A stretch of DNA of 64,000 nucleotides from Eledone cirrhosa (lineage: Eukaryota), in contig OZ024746.1 in NCBI GenBank assembly GCA_964016885.1, forward strand, positions 34,596,001 to 34,660,000. Direction: 5' to 3'. This document shows positions 54,440 through 64,000 of this stretch, piece after piece. Each line of letters begins with the position of its first letter. Position 1 is the stretch's first letter. The translations under genes and the position numbers were made by a program. Below the pieces are notes generated by a model. The model was not told the origin of the DNA and ran no database searches. It worked only from the letters and a program-made list of their open reading frames with translations.

Positions 54440-57400
54440 TAGACAACAGAAACAAGAAACTAAAGTGGCTTAAGCAGATAAAGCTAAATCAGGATACTGT
54501 AGAGAATACCAATAGATATCCCGACAAAATTGACGGTATAAATATGGCCGACACCTCATTAACAGATGAGTTCAACAACAACAACAACACAAATATATAC
54601 GGCAACACAGTAATAGACGACGATGAGTTATCTGTATTACGTCTACCCCCGAAATTTGCGACATTCAAGAAGGTAAATATGATTAGTTGTCTGTCAGAAA
54701 TAGAAAAATCACTTACAAAACTATGCTGGAGCCTCAAAAACAAAAACAAAAACAAAAGCAACAATATACGCACACACATATACAACACAAATCCCAACAA
54801 CAACAGACACACAGACACAAACAACAATAACAACAACTCACAAACCAACAACAACAACAATAATAACATACCCAGAAACAACAACAACAGACACGCAGAC
54901 ACAAACAACAATAACAACACACACAACAATAATAACACACACGGAGACAACAACCACACACATCAACAACAGCACACATCAACAACAACAACACACACCC
55001 ATTCAATGCCTCTCGCCACCACCACAATCTTAACAAACACACAGACACAGAAAAGAAGTAATGACAGTAGCACAGAAATCACAGAAATAAGGGAAAGTAA
55101 TAGGATTAAAAAGGAGAAGGGAAACTAAGGACAAAGAAAATAACCAAGACGAACACACAGACACACACAATTGGGTAGATAACAACAATGAGCCAGTGGA
55201 AAGAGACAGGAGTAATTATGAGAGACATAGAAACAACCATGAGGCTGTTTGTGGAAATAGAAATAGAAACAACACAACTAACAATAACAATAGCACTAGT
55301 ACACATAAAGCAGCAGCCTGGAACTCTACTTTTTATAATCCCTCCGATAAATCGTTCGACCTGCGACGAGTCCACGCCACGACTTCACAATTTAACAAAC
55401 GCACGCAATTGCCGTCGCAGGTCGATGAACAAACAGAAGCACAATTTAGTATAGCTAGATCCGAACTTAGAAATATTATAGAACAGTATAGCAAGAAGCA
55501 TAATAGAATGGAGGCCCAGCAACTGGGAGAAAAATCTGCAAATGGCTTGCGTAAGCTCATGCAGCGCTCGCGTAATGGAGAGATAGCATGCTTTCCAACA
55601 GACAAGTCTGGCAGAATGTCGGTTTTCAGTCTGCCAAACTACATCCAGGCAATGCAACCCCACATCACTAACACAAGAGAGGTAACACCACAGGAGCATG
55701 AGGATAGAGAAAAAGCCCTCAATGCCCATATGGTGATGTGGACGAATATAATGCAGCCCAACAAAAGGACTACCAACAACTTCCAGGCCTGGAACAATGA
55801 CGTGCCGGCGTTGTATGGGCTTCGAAAAGACCATAAAAAGGGCAGTGACCCTGTAGCGGGACCACCAACACGGCCAGTCTGTGGAGCTAACATGGCTAGT
55901 AATTACAGACTGTCCTACTTCCTCTCCCTGATCATACGCGCCATCATTTAAATGTCCCCAGATGTATGTGATAGCACGGAGGACCTCCTCAGCAGAATCG
56001 GCGAGGGTAACCGATCTAGGGACCTAACAAACTGCATAATAGGTAGCATGGATGTTGTGTCCCTGTATCCATCTATTGACGTGGATTTTGCTGTGGAGAA
56101 ATGCGTAGAAATGATCAGTGAGAGCAATGTTGAGTTCCGTGGGATTGATACCAGTGAGCTGGCACTCCTACTTAAACTTACCTATAGTAATTATTACCTA
56201 GACACATATGACCTTAGCAACCTGTGCCCTACAAGACCAGCAAAAGGCAGACCACCTACCATTACCTCAATGGCCAAGAAAACCAACACAGATAGATCGA
56301 ACGGGTGGACCAGAGCCATACGGACACCCGAAAACCACGATGAACTGAAGAAAATGATTGCACATGCGGTAGGGGCCAGCATAAAACTAACCCTTAAGGA
56401 ACATAAGTTCAAATTTAATGGAAAAACATATGCCCAAGAGGAAGGAGCAGCCATTGGTGTTAGCATTGCAGGCGACATAGCTAACTTATTCATGGTATGG
56501 TGGGACAGTAGACTTAAACTTAAACTTAAAGAACAATTAGAAGACCCCTTAACCCTGATAATGTACTCCCGCTACGTTGATGATATAAACATCGTAGTTA
56601 AGACACCCCCACTAGAGAACAGTCAGGAACTATAGAAAAACACAATGGAAAGCAGCCAGCAAATAGCTGACACCATGAACCAGAGCATTAGAGTTACTAT
56701 AGACTACCCAAGTAAACACCCCAACCATCGATTACCTGTACTAGACACAGAGCTCTTGTTAGATACCATTAATAACAACAAAACAAATCCTCCATACCCA
56801 TTATGCCAAACCCATGACTTACAAACATCTGATCCACAGAAACTCGGCCGTTTCGGACCATACGAAAATCAACATACTGATTGCGGATTTGGTACGGGTG
56901 ATGAGAAACGTGTCCAGCATGTGCAACCCCGAAGAACTAGAGAGACACATACACCACTTCATCCACCGTATGCAGTTATCTGGCTACAATCAGAGAGATA
57001 AAATTAGAGTGTATAGAGGAGCCAGAACCAAATGGGAAAAAATGGTAAATAATGACATAAATGGGACCTGCCCCTTGTATAGCAGCAAATTGTGGAATAG
57101 AATAGAAAGAACTAGGAACAAGGCTAATAGAATAAACTCATGGTATGATAGCAATAAATACCAGAGTGTAATGTTCATCGATATAGCCCCTACAGGTGAA
57201 TTAGCTTACAACTTTAGAAGGGCCCTAGATAAACATAAACTCAATATTAAGATAGTAGAAAGACCAGGTACCTCCGTAAAAACACTTATTAGCAAGACAT
57301 ACCCGTTTCAAAGACCCTCATGTATAGATAAGAAATGTATAACCTGTAAAATAAGCCCCCATATTAACTGTAAAACTAGAAATGTAGTGTATAGCAAACG

Positions 57401-58161
57401 ATGTACTGAAGGACAATGTAGAGACAAAGATATAGTGTACATAGATGAGACAACTCGTAGTGTAGGGGAACAGATAAATGAACACTGGCGAGACCTTCAA
57501 GATAGTAAAGAATCATCTGTACTCTACCAACATGCTAAAATAGAACACAAGGGTAAATTAGAGAACATAGAAATAAAAATAGAATCTACACACAGAAAAG
57601 ACGCAATGTTTCGACAAATCACAGAGGCAATAAACATAAAATAATTACAACCAAAATTAAATAGAAAATATGAGTGGAACAGCAACATCACAACTTACAA
57701 TTGAGGACAAAATGAAAACACGCACAAAGAACAAACAACCAACCAGTAACATGTAAATAAACAAATAAATAAATGAACATAAACGCACACAGGCACCCGG
57801 ATGTGGCGCATGCGCAGACTGAGCACACAACACACACACACACAGAAACAAAATGGCGTAGGAGAGAACAAAGGAGAGGCACAGAAACAAAGAAAGGAAT
57901 CCCCAGTCACTGAAGAGGTCACAGAATGTGTGACGAAATAACTATGACAATATATAAACAACTATCTGGTTGTGGAACCAACCAACCAACCAGAAATTTA
58001 TAAATTTATAAATTTATTATAAATTTATTATAATAAATTGAAGTGAAAGCAACTGGTGCGTGTGTTTCTTATTGGCAACATGACCCTCCCAAAGTATAAC
58101 GATATCGGTTTCAACACACGATTTCAGATAAAGAATCTTTCTAAACAAATTCAGAAACGAA

Positions 58162-58165
<4 letters not shown>
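54440..58165 (+). mobile_element. Penelope-like element, right arm of head-to-head pair
   Basis: Same motifs in ORFs 54424, 55196, 55952 and 56814; ends in (TA)n. Confidence 0.92.
57906..57948 (+). ncRNA. Minimal hammerhead in PLE 3' region (mirror 50662-50704 -)
   Basis: gtca CTGAAGA gGTCACA-gaatg-TGTGAC GAAA (T/G)AAC TA tgac. Confidence 0.8.
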
Positions 58166-58228
<63 letters not shown>

Positions 58229-58390
58229 TATGTGTATATATGTATATATATGTACATCAATACGCATCTTTTTCCATTTCTCTGAGGGCTCTAAACCCCA
58301 CAATCAGGCTAGAATTTATTTAGTAAAATATATGGTGGAAGCTCTATTTTCAAATTTCAAACTTGCTCGCTGTTTCAAAACATACTTACT

Positions 58391-58477
<87 letters not shown>

Positions 58478-58483
58478 ATATAT

Positions 58484-58680
58484 GAAAATGTATCACTCCG
58501 ACGGCAGAGCTCAAGCCGTTACGACGACTATTTCTGAAGTCCAGAAATAGCCGTCTTAAACGGCTTGAGCTCTTCCTTCGGGGTCATACATTTTCCTATT
58601 ACCCACTCTACTACAATAATTATTGAGTACCATGGTGCGTAATGGTCGATCAGGTTTCTTACCACAACTCCTTCGTTATA
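58484..58680. repeat. Short fold-back + tail of the 1478-1625 family
   Basis: About 58484-58536 pairs with 58542-58595; flanked by (TA)n. Confidence 0.75.
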
Positions 58681-58722
58681 TATATATATATATATATGTG
58701 TATGTATATATATATATACATA

Positions 58723-58784
<62 letters not shown>

Positions 58785-58789
<5 letters not shown>

Positions 58790-59330
58790 CTGCTTATCTC
58801 GATATTAAGTTCTGGTATATCAAATTATTACCATAGAACCACCTTAAATCATAGACACACTATATATTTCCGGGGGTACATTGTACCCTCAGATATATAT
58901 TAACCTTTTTCAATAATCTCCAGTATATAGAGATACACATTTGTTGTTCTATTTATTTACTATAAATCTTTTTTTAGTGGCGATTATAGACGGCGAGTCT
59001 ACGATTTCCCGCCTTCACTATACACCAATGTATTACGGGTCACTTTCACGACCTTTTAGACCTGTATTATTTGGAGTGAGGTCATATATTTTGTCGTTCC
59101 TGGGGTTTTTAACCCTAGGATAGGAAAATGCTTCTCTGATGATCGTTGCTTTTCCATTAATATCCTCGTGATATTTAATGTTTTACACCGTAAAACTGTA
59201 CAGTTAGGGCCATTTGAATAGGTAAATATTTATATTATATTTTTTAATGTTGATTAATTCTAATTGTATATTAATTTTGATTAATTTTGAAAAATTGGTT
59301 GAATTTTACTTGTTCTGCTTATCTCGATAT
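58785..59330 (+). mobile_element. 525-bp non-coding monomer with 21-bp terminal redundancy and decayed hammerhead
   Basis: ttgttctgcttatctcgatat at 58785-58805 and 59310-59330; HHR-like fold at 59126-59215; (TA)n on both sides. Confidence 0.72.
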
Positions 59331-59439
59331 ATATATATATATGTGTGTGTGTATGTATGTTTATATGCATGGATACGTATATATGTGTATGTGCATGTGT
59401 ATGTGTATATATATATGTATGTGTATATATGTATATATA

Positions 59440-59490
<51 letters not shown>

Positions 59491-59665
59491 GTATATATGT
59501 ATATACGTATATATGTATATGTGTATGTGTGTATATATATATATTTATATATATATACACACATATAATATATTTATATATATATATATATATATAAATA
59601 TATTATATGTGCGCATATATATATAAATATATATATATACACACATACACATATACATATATACG

Positions 59666-59740
<75 letters not shown>

Positions 59741-59825
59741 AAAGTTATATTTAAAATTGTTGGGTTACAACTAGTAAATATTTATAACTGGTATAAAAGC
59801 ACTCGACAAATATTTGGAGTATATT

Positions 59826-60391
<566 letters not shown>

Positions 60392-60879
60392 TGAGAGATA
60401 GAGAGACCGATGGGGGAGAGTGGTAGAAGTGTGAGAGGGAGAAATGTATTGTTCGAAGGAATAGGTGAGTGTGAGCGAATTTTATGTGTTAAGTTTTTCT
60501 ATTAAATCTAATGTATTTGTATCTGTTCTAATTATTATCAGATTAGATTAGTAGCGACAGCTGTGTTAATTCTTAAGACAAATCTATATAGTACATCACT
60601 GGCTGATTAATGAAAGTAAACATTATGAATGTAGATGAAAACGAATGATCCATGATCTTCGAACGTGTTCTCTCCGTTAGGAAACGAGACTTAATTTGAA
60701 GACTCATTTATTTCAGTTAGGTAATGTGAGTGACAATTGCAACAAATGTTATGTGATGGATTTTTCACACACTTCCTCACAATCTCCGTTATTCTCTCAT
60801 ACTCTCTGTGTCTAGGTTTTTAACTTTTTCTCTCTCTTGTCTCTCTCTGTCACTCGCTTTCTTTCTCTGATGGTTGCTG

Positions 60880-62287
<1,408 letters not shown>

Positions 62288-62829
62288 ATTTTTAAGGTAA
62301 GAAATTCTATAAATATTCTGTTACAACTTTAAAAGAATTAATCTTTAAAGCGTATTTAAATAATTATTACATATGTATCAAAATCTAATACCATACATAA
62401 TTCACCATCAATACATATAATATATTTAGATCATATATTACTCAAATTATTTAATTATGATGTTCTCTTTATGAAATCTTAACTATTCTTTAATTTTCAT
62501 TTAATTTCCACGATTAAACTGCAGTTACATTTACTCTCAAAAGTTATTCACCATATACAAACATTTATAACATATCTCTACTCTCACATTCCACGATATT
62601 TCGAAAACCATAAATCATCTTTTGCAAATATCATAAAAGATGTCTAGTTAAATATTGAACTGTCCTAATCAAATCATATGATAACGAGACTCTTAATGAA
62701 ATAATTCTAATACATATAAATATCAATTAATTATTACCACAATAAGGCAAAAACATATATATATTAAATTATTAATTGTCAATATTTTTTCGAAACGTGT
62801 ACAATGCCTACAAAGTTTTACCAATTTTA

Positions 62830-64000
62830 TGGTGACAACTACTGAATAAATCGTTTTTTTTTGTTTGTTTTTTTTATTTGGTGATTAAATTGTCATAATT
62901 TGCAATTATCTGTAGAGTCTTGAAGTTACAAATATTGCAATTTTGCGAAATAGTTGCGTTCTGATAGGAATAGGCATACTGTAATTTGGTCCAAGAGATT
63001 GAGTATTTCATATTATTGTCCTTTAAAGACCATATTAATTGCGCATGTGAAGTTCATAATTTCTTATCTGGTATACTAAAAGAATGTCTATGATTAAACC
63101 AACGTTCCTTAAATGTGGATGAAGTGGCACCAATATAGTTATGTATATTATTATTTGTCTTAATGCTACATTTATATACTAGATTCTTGTCAAGGCAATT
63201 ATTTTGTAAAGGACATTCGGACTTCTTTCTACAATTACATTTCTTCTCAATGTTATTTCCAGACCTTAACCTATTCACATTATTATTTACAAGTGTTCTA
63301 CTATTATTTGTATTTAAACTATTATTGTTATTCCCGTTAACTAATGTATTGTTATTATTATTGTTATTATTGCTAATTATTTGTTGGTTCCAATTAAGAT
63401 TTTTACTATTTATTTTTGCAATATTTTGAGCAATATTCATAGTTGTTGATAAAAATCGTTAACTGTGTCTATTGAAAATAGAGTAATATTTATGTGACCA
63501 AGGGGAGCATTTATCCAAGGCTTTAAAAGATAAGTGTGCTACCGGTGTTTTAATAGCTAAATATGCTGGCGGAGCATACCAAATTATAGATCTAGATCTT
63601 ACTATTTCCCCGAGTTATTCCTCAAGTTGTTGTTATAATATTTATTTTTATTATGATTAGTGTGATTCTAATTAATATTATTTTCAGTATTTTTTCTGTA
63701 TACTCAATATTATTGTTATATCCAGCTTTATGTAACCCTTCATTATAATATACAGCCTTACTATTAAATATGGATCTATTAGCTGATAGCCTGGATATTC
63801 GTTGTTGTACACTGTTGACTATTGCATTCTTAACACTTTTAGCATGATTAGAATAAAAACTAACATTATTTAAATTCTCATTGAGTTTATAGAAAGGATA
63901 ATAAAGGCCTGAGTTCAAATTAAGAGTCACGTCTAAAATATTAAGTATTTTATTATTGTTTTCTACTTCTAATTTCAGGTCGTAATTTTTGAAGATTTTA
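62830..64000 (-). mobile_element. PLE (third lineage) RT thumb + GIY-YIG, decayed; runs off window edge
   Basis: LDVTLNL, SNH, RISRLS, IIWYAPP, CNCRKKSECPLQNNCL, NLVYKC, NYIGATSSTFKERWFNH motifs. Confidence 0.85.

Noticed and set aside
50906-57644. Selenocysteine recoding as in some Naiad PLEs
   Set aside because: The shared interruption is TAA rather than TGA, the other breaks are frameshifts or arm-specific stops, and the endonuclease is C-terminal.
58095-58135. Antisense hammerhead in the PLE extreme 3' end (GAAAC..GTTA; also near 520 and 61150)
   Set aside because: A stem III-like palindrome is present, but no CTGANGA core or stem II in any of the copies.

Overview
AT-rich eukaryotic intergenic DNA with no host gene I can support. 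A cephalopod (Octopus-like) origin is inferred from the SINE family and repeat landscape, not proven. Nearly all of it is retroelement-derived, organised around two microsatellite targets. (1) At (TAA)n, about 9.2-24.9 kb: a nested stack of Dong/R4 LINEs (RT + restriction-like endonuclease, all + strand) and Tx1-type LINEs (gag-like ORF1, APE-RT, all - strand). (2) At (TA)n, elsewhere: at least three lineages of Penelope-like elements (PLE; RT + C-terminal GIY-YIG), including a ~7.6 kb head-to-head pair at 50.5-58.2 kb, plus many short non-coding fold-back or tandem elements. Reading by eye finds about 20 hammerhead ribozyme (HHR) cores of roughly ten sequence types, almost all pointing into a nearby (TA)n tract. 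The most novel-looking signal is a set of non-coding 525-542 bp units inserted as partial-tandem and inverted arrays (28.7-31.3 kb, 47.4-49.5 kb, 58.8-59.3 kb). Two unit types carry related, covarying hammerheads, and one array junction falls within 5 nt of the predicted cleavage site. Two other unit types share the size and architecture but show no canonical ribozyme. These look like PLE-mobilised, retrozyme-like (possibly circular) RNAs. Most short ORFs in the track are microsatellite or antisense artefacts. All folds and identities were judged by eye.
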